In this document: positions 1 through 8,634 of the stretch, piece by piece
Layout: every line of letters begins with the position of its first letter
How positions within the stretch are numbered: the stretch's first letter is position 1
Source of the DNA: an uncultured Treponema sp.
GTDB lineage: Bacteria > Spirochaetota > Spirochaetia > Treponematales > Treponemataceae
NCBI GenBank assembly: GCA_964608445.1
Contig: CAZSOK010000002.1
Location: forward strand, 20,041-56,625
DNA length: 36,585 nucleotides
Direction of reading: 5' to 3'
The notes under the pieces: generated by a model
Seen by the model: only the letters and a program-made list of their open reading frames with translations
What the model was told of the DNA's origin: nothing
The model's database searches: none
Made by a program: the position numbers and the translations under genes

Positions 1-4
1 TATG

Positions 5-148
5 TGTTTCACGCCGTGAAACACTTTGTTTCATGCGGTGAAACACTTTGTTTCACGCCGTGAAATACTTTGTTTCACGCGGTGAAACATTCCGTTTCGT
101 GCGGTAAGGCATTCCGTTTCGTGCGGTAAGGCATTCCGTTTCGTGCGG
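5..148. repeat. 22-bp tandem repeat, about 6.5 copies; the first four units are palindromic or nearly so (TGTTTCAC-NNN-GTGAAACA-NNN)
   Basis: Units read directly: 5-26 tgtttcacgccgtgaaacactt, 27-48 tgtttcatgcggtgaaacactt, 49-70 tgtttcacgccgtgaaatactt, 71-92 tgtttcacgcggtgaaacattc, 93-114 and 115-136 cgtttcgtgcggtaaggcattc, partial 137-148. May continue left of the window. Confidence 0.95.
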
Positions 149-224
149 CCGGGTGCCAGGGCAGCCGGGAAGGGCAGCGCCGCGACATTCCCGCCATGAT
201 GGCGAATATACAGCAAGTTATTGA

Positions 225-252
225 TAAATTTTGTTTTCCTACTTGACGATAA
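225..252 (+). promoter_or_regulatory. Putative sigma28 (FliA) promoter for flbD-motAB
   Basis: TAAA (225-228)-N16-GACGATAA (245-252), one mismatch to the sigma28 -10 consensus GCCGATAA, 25 nt before the flbD ATG. Confidence 0.6.
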
Positions 253-277
253 TCTAAAATGGGTAGAAAATGAAGAG

Positions 278-475
278 ATGATTTCCGTGACCCGCCTTGA
301 TGGCAAATCGTACTGGCTGAATCCGCACATGATAGAGAGCATGGAGCGGACGCCTGATTTGACTATTTCATTGCTTTCGGGAAAAAAGGTCGTTGTCCGG
401 GATGACCCCGAAACGGTCATCCAAAAGATAGTCGCGTACCGTCGTGAAATCGGCATATATAAGAATGAACTGTAA
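278..475 (+). CDS. flbD: Flagellar FlbD family protein (65 aa)
   Basis: MISVTRLDGKSYWLNPHMIESMERTPDLTISL matches the FlbD family pattern and lies directly before motA; ATG at 278 chosen over the upstream TTG. Confidence 0.9.
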   Translation: MISVTRLDGKSYWLNPHMIESMERTPDLTISLLSGKKVVVRDDPETVIQKIVAYRREIGIYKNEL

Positions 476-514
476 GCGGTTGTCGCGCAACCGGGGGGTA
501 TGGGAGAAATAACC

Positions 515-1297
515 ATGGATATAGCCACAATAATTGGTATCGTCGGTGGTATCATTGCTATCGGTCTTGGTGTCGTCACGTCGGGCGGCTCTATCGGCGG
601 TATTATCGACATTCCGTCGGTGTTCGTCACGGTGGGCGGTTCGTATGCGGCGTTGTTCATCGTCGCGCCGCTCAAGCAGGCAATCGGTATGTTCGGCATT
701 ATGGGCCGCGCGTTCAAGACGTATGATTACGGTGAGAAGACGCTGATCCAGAACATGGTGTCGCTTTCGGAAAAGGCCCGCCGTGAGGGTATCCTCGCGC
801 TGGAAGAGGGGCTGGACGATTTGGACAATCCCTTTATGAAGTCGGGTCTGCGCATGGTGGTTGACGGAACGGACGGCAATGTCATCCGTTCTATTATGGA
901 GAATGAGATGAGCGCGGCGGAAGGCCGCCACATGAGCTGGATTGGCGTCATCAATGCCTGGGCGGGCTACGGACCGGGTTTCGGTATGTTGGGTACGGTT
1001 ATCGGTCTGATCGGTATGTTGAACAACCTTGAGGACAAAAGCTCGCTCGGCCCGAACATGGCGGTCGCGTTGATCACGACGCTGTACGGTTCTATGCTGG
1101 CAAACTGGCTCGTCGCCCCGTTCGCGAACAAGCTGGCGGCGCAGAACGCGGCGGAGATGGCTTCCATGGAAATGGTCATTGAGGGCGTGCTTTCCATTCA
1201 GGCGGGCGACAACCCGCGCATCCTCGCGATGAAGCTGCTGACTTACCTTGATCCCAAGACGCGCAAAGCGATTGAAGCGGACGTGCTCAAAGACTAG
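515..1297 (+). CDS. motA: Flagellar stator A subunit
   Basis: MDIATIIG N-terminus, ARREGILALE, PGFGMLGTVIGLI, MAVALITTLYG, GDNPR motifs; SD-like GGGAGA before ATG 515. Confidence 0.96.
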   Translation: MDIATIIGIVGGIIAIGLGVVTSGGSIGGIIDIPSVFVTVGGSYAALFIVAPLKQAIGMFGIMGRAFKTYDYGEKTLIQNMVSLSEKARREGILALEEGLDDLDNPFMKSGLRMVVDGTDGNVIRSIMENEMSAAEGRHMSWIGVINAWAGYGPGFGMLGTVIGLIGMLNNLEDKSSLGPNMAVALITTLYGSMLANWLVAPFANKLAAQNAAEMASMEMVIEGVLSIQAGDNPRILAMKLLTYLDPKTRKAIEADVLKD

Positions 1298-1312
1298 CCG
1301 GAGCGATACCTG

Positions 1313-2050
1313 ATGGCAAAGAAAGAGAAAAAAGAGCCTGAGAAACCGTCAACCGCCTGGCAGGGCACTTACGGCGACATGATTACGCTGATGCTCTGCT
1401 TCTTCGTCATGCTGTACGACCCGACGGAGGTGGACGCGACGGCGATGAGCCAGATCCAGTCGTCGCTTTCCATTGAGACGCGCTCGATTGACGACCCCAC
1501 GACGGGCGGACAGTCGCTGGCATCGGGACGGCTCGCTGATTTGGGGAACACGATAAACCAGCTCCCCGCGATTGACCGGGGTCGCTCGCTCAGCACCGCG
1601 AAGAAAAAGGCGGTCAGCATCTTTGCGCCGGAAGTCAACTCGAACAAGATTACGATTTCCAGCGATGAGCGCGGCCTGGTCATCACGCTCGCGTCGGACG
1701 CGTTTTTTGAGGAGGGCAGCGCCGACCTGAACATCGAGGAGACGCGCGAGGTCCTGCTCCGGCTGTCGCGCTTCTTTCAGGATCCGGAGCTTGCGGGCAG
1801 ACGTTTCCGTATTGAGGGGCATACGGATTCCACGCCGGTGTCTAACGGGCTGTTCCCGTCAAACTGGGAACTGTCGGCGGCGCGCGCGGCGAACACGTTG
1901 CACTACCTCTCGGATTTCGGCGTGGGCGAACAGGCGTTCTCAATCGCCGGGTATGCGGACACGCGGCCGCTTTTCTCTAATGAGACTAAAGAAGGACAGG
2001 CATATAACCGAAGAGTAGATATAATTATCCTAGACGAAGGTCATTTTTAA
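1313..2050 (+). CDS. motB: Flagellar stator B subunit (TM helix plus OmpA-like peptidoglycan-binding domain)
   Basis: [21 protein letters not shown] helix with the ion-binding Asp; [20 protein letters not shown] motifs. Confidence 0.96.
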   Translation: MAKKEKKEPEKPSTAWQGTYGDMITLMLCFFVMLYDPTEVDATAMSQIQSSLSIETRSIDDPTTGGQSLASGRLADLGNTINQLPAIDRGRSLSTAKKKAVSIFAPEVNSNKITISSDERGLVITLASDAFFEEGSADLNIEETREVLLRLSRFFQDPELAGRRFRIEGHTDSTPVSNGLFPSNWELSAARAANTLHYLSDFGVGEQAFSIAGYADTRPLFSNETKEGQAYNRRVDIIILDEGHF

Positions 2051-2059
2051 TGATAGAAT
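2031..2059 (+). promoter_or_regulatory. Putative sigma70 promoter for fliL onward, overlapping the motB 3' end
   Basis: TAGACG (2031-2036)-N17-TAGAAT (2054-2059) with extended -10 TG at 2051-2052; locally AT-rich. Confidence 0.6.
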
Positions 2060-2095
2060 GTTAAAAATGGGTGGTTCGGTAGACAGGGGGACAGT

Positions 2096-2638
2096 ATGGC
2101 AGATGATGATGATTTGGACATGGGCGACGACGGTGACGCGTCCGCTCCGAAAAAAGGCGGCGGCGGTGGTTTTCTTCCCACGCTGCTCAAATTTATCGCG
2201 CTCGGGCTGGGCGCGGTTATCCTTATCGTTACGGTCGTCATCGTGACGATGAAAATCATGGGCGGCAACAATACGCAGCAGGTTACCGTGCCGGTGACGG
2301 AAGAGTACAGCGCCACGCGCGAACTGCTCGACTGGTACACTTCGCTCGGTTCGTTGCGCACCAAGACGAGCGATGCCGTTCCGGCTTCCGTCGTGGTCGA
2401 TGTCGTCCTGGGGTACAAGAAAGAGGACAAGGCGACTTCCACCGAAATTACGCAAAGAAGTATTGAACTGAAGGACTTTTTGCGCCGATATTTTACGCAG
2501 AAGACTGCCGAGGAACTCGCGCCGCAGAACGAGGAGAATCTGAAGATTGAGATTCGCAATGCGATTAACGATCAGATCCTCAGCAGCTCAAAGATTAAAG
2601 ACGTGCGATTTATGCAGCTTGATGTCATTGCCCAGTAA
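2096..2638 (+). CDS. fliL: Flagellar basal body-associated protein FliL
   Basis: Single N-terminal TM helix, FliL-like C-terminus (LKDFLRRYF...IRNAIN), position between motB and fliM. Confidence 0.9.
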   Translation: MADDDDLDMGDDGDASAPKKGGGGGFLPTLLKFIALGLGAVILIVTVVIVTMKIMGGNNTQQVTVPVTEEYSATRELLDWYTSLGSLRTKTSDAVPASVVVDVVLGYKKEDKATSTEITQRSIELKDFLRRYFTQKTAEELAPQNEENLKIEIRNAINDQILSSSKIKDVRFMQLDVIAQ

Positions 2639-2671
2639 CGGGCAGTCGGCGGGCGGCGGAAGGAAGACGGC

Positions 2672-3709
2672 ATGAACGAGGTTCTGTCACAAGACGAGAT
2701 TGACCAGTTGCTACAGGCTATCAGTTCGGGCGATACCGATACTGATGATTTCAAGCCGGTCAGCGACACGCGCAAGATAAAGATTTATGACTTTAAGCGT
2801 CCCGACAAATTCTCAAAGGAACAGATCCGTACCGTTTCGATTATGCACGAGACGTTCGCGCGTCTTACCACGACTTCTTTGTCCGCGCAGTTGCGTTCGT
2901 TAGTGCACGTGCACGTCGCGTCGGTTGACCAGCTGACGTACGAGGAGTTCATCCGTTCGATCCCGACCCCGACGACGCTTGCCGTCATCAATATGGATCC
3001 GCTCAAAGGCAACGCGGTCCTTGAGATTGACCCGGCGATTACGTTCAGCATGATTGACCGCCTGTTCGGCGGCACGGGGCAGGGCGCAAAGGTCAGCCGC
3101 GACTTGACCGACATCGAGCAGTCCGTCATGGAGGGCATTATCGTGCGCATCCTGGCGAACATGCGCGAGGCATGGACGACGGTCATCGACTTGCGCCCGC
3201 GTCTGGGGCAGATTGAGACGAACCCCCAGTTCGCGCAGATTGTCCCGCCGACGGAGATGGTCGTCCTCGTCACGCTGGAGACGAAGGTCGGCGAAGAAGA
3301 AGGCATGATGAACTTCTGTATTCCGTACCTGACCATCGAGCCGATTATCTCAAAGCTTTCGTCCCAGTTCTGGTTCAGTTCCGTGCGCAGGAGCGCGACC
3401 ACGCAGTATTTGGGCGTGCTCAAGGAAAAGCTTTCCGACGTGGACATGGACGTGGTTGCCGAAATCGGCACGATAAACCTGCCGATCCGCGACGTGCTCG
3501 GCCTGCGCGTGGGCGACGTGGTGCAGCTTTCCAACACGCGCGTGGGCGACCCGCTGACGCTGAGCGTGGGGAACGAGAAGAAATTCTATTGCCAGCCGGG
3601 TGTCGTTGGCAAGAAAATGGCCGTGCAGGTCATCGGTAAAATAGAAGAAATAGCGGAATCTGACGAGGTTGAAGAATTATCCGTTGAAGGAGAAGACTCA
3701 TATGAGTGA
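2672..3709 (+). CDS. fliM: Flagellar motor switch protein FliM
   Basis: VLSQDEIDQLL CheY-binding motif, YDFKRPDKFSKEQIR, C-terminal SpoA domain. Confidence 0.97.
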   Translation: MNEVLSQDEIDQLLQAISSGDTDTDDFKPVSDTRKIKIYDFKRPDKFSKEQIRTVSIMHETFARLTTTSLSAQLRSLVHVHVASVDQLTYEEFIRSIPTPTTLAVINMDPLKGNAVLEIDPAITFSMIDRLFGGTGQGAKVSRDLTDIEQSVMEGIIVRILANMREAWTTVIDLRPRLGQIETNPQFAQIVPPTEMVVLVTLETKVGEEEGMMNFCIPYLTIEPIISKLSSQFWFSSVRRSATTQYLGVLKEKLSDVDMDVVAEIGTINLPIRDVLGLRVGDVVQLSNTRVGDPLTLSVGNEKKFYCQPGVVGKKMAVQVIGKIEEIAESDEVEELSVEGEDSYE

Positions 3710-4823
3710 TGGAACAATATCACAAAGCGAAATTGACGCGCTGCTTTCTGGCGTAGACATGGGTGGGCTTTCCGCTGCTCCTGCCAGTTCCGTATCGTTT
3801 GATGTCGCGACGCTGGAGAAGTTTGCCGACGGATTAAAAGATAAACTCGCCAACAATTTGAACACGATGACCGGCGCGGCGTTTGAGGCGGGAAAACCGA
3901 CGGTGGAGGCGCTGGGGCGCGACGAGCTGCTTGCGAAGCTGCCCGAAATGGTCGTGGCGATCACGGCTGACTTCAATACCGCGCTCAAAGGCGACCATTT
4001 GTTCATGCTGTCCCCGGAATTCGGGCAGAAACTGACAGGGCTTATCAACGGCGAAGAGAATGCCGAGCTGGACGATATGGCGCTTTCGGTCATTTCGGAA
4101 GTGGTGTCGCAGCATACCGGCTCTGAGATAACGGATCTGAGCAAGGACGGGAAACTGCCCGGACTTGCGAGCAATCCTGCCGAGGCGGTGCACGTCCCCA
4201 AGGCGATGGTGCGCATTCCGCAGGGAACGTTCTGCCTGTTCAGTTATCCCGTCACGCTTGACGGGCAATCTTACACGCTGTGGGAAGCCGTCTCTGACGA
4301 GGTGGCGCACGGCATGGTCACGTCGCTGGGCGGCGGCGCGAAGCAGGCGGCGGGAGATACGATGGGTACGCTTTCCGCGAGCGATTTGGGCAGTCTTATG
4401 GGCGGTGCCGCTCCGCAGCAGGCGGGCGGCATGATGCAGCAGCCGATGGCAGGTGGTATGAGTATGGGAATGCAGCAGCCGATGATGGGCGGCGGGATGA
4501 ATACGCCGAACGTGCAGAATTTGCAGTTCCCGCAGCTGGCTGGCGGTCCGACTGCGCAGGAGCAGGGCAATATCGGTCTTATCATGGACGTAAACATGGA
4601 GATGACCGTCGAGCTGGGGCGCACCAAAAAACAGATAAAGGAAATCCTGGGAATGGGGGAAGGCACGATTATCGAGCTGGACAAGCTTGCCGGTGAGCCG
4701 GTTGATATTCTCGTCAACCATAAGGCAATCGCGAAAGGTGAGGTGGTCGTTATCGATGAGAACTTTGGCGTCCGCGTAACCGAAATTCTGGCGCCAATGG
4801 ATCGCGTCGGGAATATACAATGA
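3702..4823 (+). CDS. fliY: Flagellar switch protein FliY (CheC-like domain plus FliN domain)
   Basis: ISQSEIDALL N-terminus; C-terminal FliN domain VELGRT...ELDKLAGEPVDILVN...GEVVVIDENFGVRVT; SD AAGGAG before ATG 3702. Confidence 0.93.
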   Translation: MSDGTISQSEIDALLSGVDMGGLSAAPASSVSFDVATLEKFADGLKDKLANNLNTMTGAAFEAGKPTVEALGRDELLAKLPEMVVAITADFNTALKGDHLFMLSPEFGQKLTGLINGEENAELDDMALSVISEVVSQHTGSEITDLSKDGKLPGLASNPAEAVHVPKAMVRIPQGTFCLFSYPVTLDGQSYTLWEAVSDEVAHGMVTSLGGGAKQAAGDTMGTLSASDLGSLMGGAAPQQAGGMMQQPMAGGMSMGMQQPMMGGGMNTPNVQNLQFPQLAGGPTAQEQGNIGLIMDVNMEMTVELGRTKKQIKEILGMGEGTIIELDKLAGEPVDILVNHKAIAKGEVVVIDENFGVRVTEILAPMDRVGNIQ

Positions 4824-4828
4824 TGATG

Positions 4829-4852
4829 CGTTCCGTGTGAGCGCACGGAACG
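4829..4852 (+). other. Intergenic stem-loop between fliY and fliO
   Basis: cgttccgtgt-gagc-gcacggaacg, a 10-bp stem with one G-U pair and no long U tail. Confidence 0.7.
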
Positions 4853-4867
4853 TCTTGGGTGGGGGCA

Positions 4868-5524
4868 ATGAAACATATCTCTGTGCGCATCGTGTGGTCA
4901 GTGTTGGTATTCGTGTTGTGTGCGCCGCTTTTTTCTCAGCAAACGGACGAGCCTCCGGTGTCTGCCGGGGACATTTCGCTTTCCACGCCGGAAAATACCA
5001 TCCGCTTCGACTGGGACAGGACTGCGGAACGTCAGGCGGACGCGCCGGCGGACAGCCCGTCGTCGTTCGGGCTGTTGGTGCGGATGATTGTCGCGCTTGC
5101 GGTCGTCGCCGCGCTGATTTACGGGGTCGTTTTTCTGATGAAGCGCGGGCTGCGTCCGCGTGCGGGCGACGACCCGTTTTTGCGCCGCGTGTCGCAGATT
5201 CCGCTTGCCCCCGGAAAGTCCGTGCAGGTCGTGACGCTTTTCAACCATGCCTATTTGATTGGCGTGAGCGACAATGCCGTCAACCTGATTGGCGAGGTTA
5301 CCGACGCGGAGCTGGTCGATTCGATGAATTTGTACGCCGACCAGCAGGAAAACGCGTCGCGTCCCCGTTCGTTTGAGGACATCCTGCATATTTTCATGGG
5401 GCGGAAGCCCGTCGCGCGCACGGAAGGCGTTTTTTCGGGGAGCGCGCAGTCTGCGACGGAGGCGTTGCAGCGGCAGCGCGAGCGGCTCAACCGTGCGGCA
5501 GAAGACAGCGGGGCGGACGAATGA
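4868..5524 (+). CDS. fliO: Flagellar biosynthesis protein FliO/FliZ
   Basis: Signal-like N-terminus, TM helix, LAPGKSVQVV...YLIGVSDNAVNLI FliO motif; located between fliY and fliP. Confidence 0.85.
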   Translation: MKHISVRIVWSVLVFVLCAPLFSQQTDEPPVSAGDISLSTPENTIRFDWDRTAERQADAPADSPSSFGLLVRMIVALAVVAALIYGVVFLMKRGLRPRAGDDPFLRRVSQIPLAPGKSVQVVTLFNHAYLIGVSDNAVNLIGEVTDAELVDSMNLYADQQENASRPRSFEDILHIFMGRKPVARTEGVFSGSAQSATEALQRQRERLNRAAEDSGADE

Positions 5525-6393
5525 CCGGCGCGATCAACCGTTTTTTCGTTGTGCGGTTTCCGAAAATCCTCGTCGTCTCGGCGCTGGTTGCGCTATGCGT
5601 GTTCCCGGCGGCTTCGCAGTCGCGGCAGAACCAGGGCTTTCCTGCGGGTACGGCGCGCGGGACGACCGAAATGAACGACCGCGTGGCTGCGCCGACCATA
5701 CCGAACGTGAGCATCAGCGTGACGCAGCCGCAGACGGGAAACCAGATCGCCTTCTCGTTGCAGCTGCTGCTGCTGTTGACGGTGCTCACGCTCGCGCCGA
5801 GCATCATTATCCTGACGACATGTTTTCTGCGCTTTTCGATCGTGCTCGACTTTATCAAGCGCGCGCTTTCGTTGCAGCAGGTGCCGCCGACTGCCGTGCT
5901 GAACGGGATCGCCTTTTTTATGACGGTGTTCATCATGTGGCCGGTGTTCAGTGAGATATACACGAAGGCGTACCGCCCGCTCGCCGACGGGCAGATTTCG
6001 GTACAGGAAGCGTATGCGCAGGCGGAGACACCGATGCGGCTGTTCATGTACAAGCAGATTGCCGCGGGCGACAGCGAAAAGGCGATGCAGACGATCGGCT
6101 ATTTTTACCGGCTGACGGATCTTCCGCGCCCGAACGATTTTTCCGAGATGCCGACGTATATCCTCATTCCGGCGTATATCCTGCATGAGCTGACGGTGGC
6201 GTTCAAGATCGGCATTATCCTGTACATTCCGTTTATCGTCATCGATATGGTGGTGGCGAGCGTGCTGATGAGCATGGGCATGATGATGCTGCCGCCGGTG
6301 CAGATTTCCATGCCGTTCAAATTGATTTTGTTCGTCCTGGTGGACGGCTGGCATCTGCTGACGCAGCAGTTGTTCATGTCCGTTACGCTGTGA
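5521..6393 (+). CDS. fliP: Flagellar export gate protein FliP
   Basis: LTVLTLAPSI, QQVPP, GMMMLPP, PFKLILFVLVDGW motifs. Confidence 0.97.
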   Translation: MTGAINRFFVVRFPKILVVSALVALCVFPAASQSRQNQGFPAGTARGTTEMNDRVAAPTIPNVSISVTQPQTGNQIAFSLQLLLLLTVLTLAPSIIILTTCFLRFSIVLDFIKRALSLQQVPPTAVLNGIAFFMTVFIMWPVFSEIYTKAYRPLADGQISVQEAYAQAETPMRLFMYKQIAAGDSEKAMQTIGYFYRLTDLPRPNDFSEMPTYILIPAYILHELTVAFKIGIILYIPFIVIDMVVASVLMSMGMMMLPPVQISMPFKLILFVLVDGWHLLTQQLFMSVTL

Positions 6394-6412
6394 CGGATGA
6401 AAGGAGGCTTGC

Positions 6413-6709
6413 ATGGGCAGTGCGGTTATCAACAATCTTTCGACAATCGGCCAGATCCTTGAGCTGATGCGCAAGGCGGTCATGCACGTGTTTGTCCTGT
6501 GTGCGCCCGTGCTTGGCGCGGCGCTTGTCGTCGGGCTGATCGTGGCGATTTTTCAGGCGACGACCTCCATTCAGGAGCAGACGCTGACATTCCTGCCGAA
6601 AATGCTCGTCATCCTCGGCGTGATTGCCCTGCTGGGCGGATGGATGCTCGCGACGATGCGCGGCTATACCGTCTCGCTGTTCGCGATGATTCCTAATTTG
6701 GCGAAATAG
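6413..6709 (+). CDS. fliQ: Flagellar export gate protein FliQ
   Basis: IFQATTSIQEQTLTFLPK motif; SD GGAGG. Confidence 0.95.
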   Translation: MGSAVINNLSTIGQILELMRKAVMHVFVLCAPVLGAALVVGLIVAIFQATTSIQEQTLTFLPKMLVILGVIALLGGWMLATMRGYTVSLFAMIPNLAK

Positions 6710-6712
6710 CCG

Positions 6713-7522
6713 ATGCTTGACGTGATTGTCGCGAACGCCCCCCTCTATCTGCTGATTGCAGGGCGGTGCTTCGCTTTGGTGATGACGCTTCCGCTGTTCT
6801 CATTGCGCGCGGTGCCGCGTATCGCGAAGGTTGCGTTCACGGGATACCTCGCGTACCTGATGGTGCCGCACGTCGATTTCTCGCTCTATGCGCCGTATCT
6901 TGCCGACGGCGCGTTTTCGCTGCATTACGTGCTGCTGCTTGCCGGGGAAGTGCTGCTGGGTATCATCACGGGCTTTTACGTGACGATTATCTTCGCGGCG
7001 TTCAGCACGGCCGGCCAGTTCTTTGCCTTTCAGATGGGCTTTTCCGCGTCCGAAGTGTACGACGCGCTGAGCCAGGTGGAGAATCCGCTGATGGGGCAGT
7101 TCTTCAACCTGATCGCGATGCTCATGTTCTTGCAGAACCACTGGGCGCAGCGCGTTTTCTCGCAGGCACTGGCATCGTCGTTCGCTTCGGTTTCCGCGTT
7201 CTCGGTCGTGGCGGGGAACGGGCACATCGCGGCGTTCCTGCTCGGCGGGCTTTCCAAGCTGTTCGTGGACGCTTTTGTCATCGCCCTGCCGATCATGGGG
7301 ACGCTGCTCCTGATAAACGTGGCGATGGGGATGCTCTCGAAGGCTTCCCCGATGATGAACATGATGAGCGAGGGATTCCCCACGATGATTCTGGTGGCGT
7401 TCTTCATCATCATGGCGTTGCTGCCGAATATCTGCGAATTCTTTGCGCATTCGTTCGAGGACGCGTTCCGGCAGCTTGAGCGGCTGTTCGTCGCCATCGC
7501 GTCGGCGGGGAGGAGCGCGTGA
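6713..7522 (+). CDS. fliR: Flagellar export gate protein FliR
   Basis: Multi-TM protein with AGQFFAFQMGF motif; position between fliQ and flhB. Confidence 0.95.
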   Translation: MLDVIVANAPLYLLIAGRCFALVMTLPLFSLRAVPRIAKVAFTGYLAYLMVPHVDFSLYAPYLADGAFSLHYVLLLAGEVLLGIITGFYVTIIFAAFSTAGQFFAFQMGFSASEVYDALSQVENPLMGQFFNLIAMLMFLQNHWAQRVFSQALASSFASVSAFSVVAGNGHIAAFLLGGLSKLFVDAFVIALPIMGTLLLINVAMGMLSKASPMMNMMSEGFPTMILVAFFIIMALLPNICEFFAHSFEDAFRQLERLFVAIASAGRSA

Positions 7523-8616
7523 CCGCCGGGCAGATTGACCTGCAATGGTTTGCCGCGGAGGACGAGGGGCGCACCGAAGAGCCGAGCGAGTTCAAGCTCC
7601 GCAAGGCGCGCGAGGAAGGGCGTGTCGCCAAAAGCCCTGAGATTGCCGCCGCGCTGGTCATGCTGGTGACGGTCATCGCGCTGATCGCCCTTGCGCCGAC
7701 GATGCTGCGGTGGTGCGAGGAGCTGCTTCGCTTCTTTTTTACGCGCGTGGCGGAACAGGACGTGCTTCGGCCGTCGTACCTTGCCGTCTGCTACCGCTAC
7801 CTGCTGCGCATGATTATCCCGCTCGCGCTCGTCGGCGTCATTGCGGCGGTGGCGGCGAATCTCGTGCAGAACCGCGGCTTTATTTTTTCCGTCAAGCCGA
7901 TTACGCCGGATTTCACCAAGATCGTGCCGAGGCTCGGTCAGTACCTCAAGAAGACCGTCTTTTCGTTCGAGGGCGGTTTTAACGTGGTCAAGTCGCTCGT
8001 GAAAATCGTGCTGATCGCCGTGATTGCCTATATGATTATCCGCGCGAACCTTGCCCGCGTGCTGGGGCTGCTGCGCGCGGGGAGCGTGCGTCCTGCGGTG
8101 GGGCAGATCGCGGGCATCGCGGCGCAGATTCTGGTCGCCTGTGCCGTCCTGTTCCTGGTCATTTCCGTCCCTGACTATCTGGTGCAGCGGCGGCAGTTCA
8201 TCGAAAGCATGAAGATGACCAAGCAGGAAGTCAAGCAGGAATACAAGGAGATGGAGGGCGATCCCGAAGTCAAGTCGCGCCTGAAGCAGATGCAGCAGCA
8301 GCTGTTGCAGCAGAACATGCCGCGCGCCGTGGCGGAGAGCGACGTGGTTATCACGAACCCGACCCATTTTGCCGTCGCGCTCCAGTACGACGCGGCGAAG
8401 GCGGACGCGCCGATGGTGACGGCGAAAGGCTCGGACGAGGTCGCGTTCCGGATGCGCTCGATTGCGTATGAGAACGACGTTCCGGTCGTGGAAAACCGTT
8501 CTTTGGCTCGTGCGCTCTATACAAACGCAGGAATTGGTGATATAATACCTGAAGCGTATATAAAAGCGATTGCAACTATATATACTCAGATTGATTATCT
8601 CAACAAGAAGAAATGA
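7519..8616 (+). CDS. flhB: Flagellar export protein FlhB
   Basis: RTEEPSEFKLRKAREEG, EGDPEVK, NPTH autocleavage motif; GTG start overlaps the fliR stop. Confidence 0.97.
   Translation: MTAGQIDLQWFAAEDEGRTEEPSEFKLRKAREEGRVAKSPEIAAALVMLVTVIALIALAPTMLRWCEELLRFFFTRVAEQDVLRPSYLAVCYRYLLRMIIPLALVGVIAAVAANLVQNRGFIFSVKPITPDFTKIVPRLGQYLKKTVFSFEGGFNVVKSLVKIVLIAVIAYMIIRANLARVLGLLRAGSVRPAVGQIAGIAAQILVACAVLFLVISVPDYLVQRRQFIESMKMTKQEVKQEYKEMEGDPEVKSRLKQMQQQLLQQNMPRAVAESDVVITNPTHFAVALQYDAAKADAPMVTAKGSDEVAFRMRSIAYENDVPVVENRSLARALYTNAGIGDIIPEAYIKAIATIYTQIDYLNKKK
8518..8546 (+). promoter_or_regulatory. Putative internal extended -10 sigma70 promoter for flhA-flhF-flhG within flhB
   Basis: TG-A-TATAAT at 8538-8546, with weak -35 TATACA at 8518-8523 (N17), in an abruptly AT-rich flhB 3' end. 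Confidence 0.5.
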
Positions 8617-8634
8617 GCCTGATGGGGGTGGGGA

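Noticed and set aside
5-148. CRISPR array or canonical parS
   Set aside because: No unique spacers of 25-40 nt and no cas genes; the 3-bp central insertion breaks the 16-bp parS consensus
221-277. Longer flbD start at TTG 221 (also extended starts at 3669, 10676, 17553, 24935, 28799)
   Set aside because: These extensions run through promoter or upstream-gene sequence; downstream ATGs better fit SD position, gene overlap or family N-termini
31-717. 228-aa minus-strand ORF running into the repeat
   Set aside because: Antisense shadow of motA/flbD ending in repeat-derived sequence; no recognisable motif
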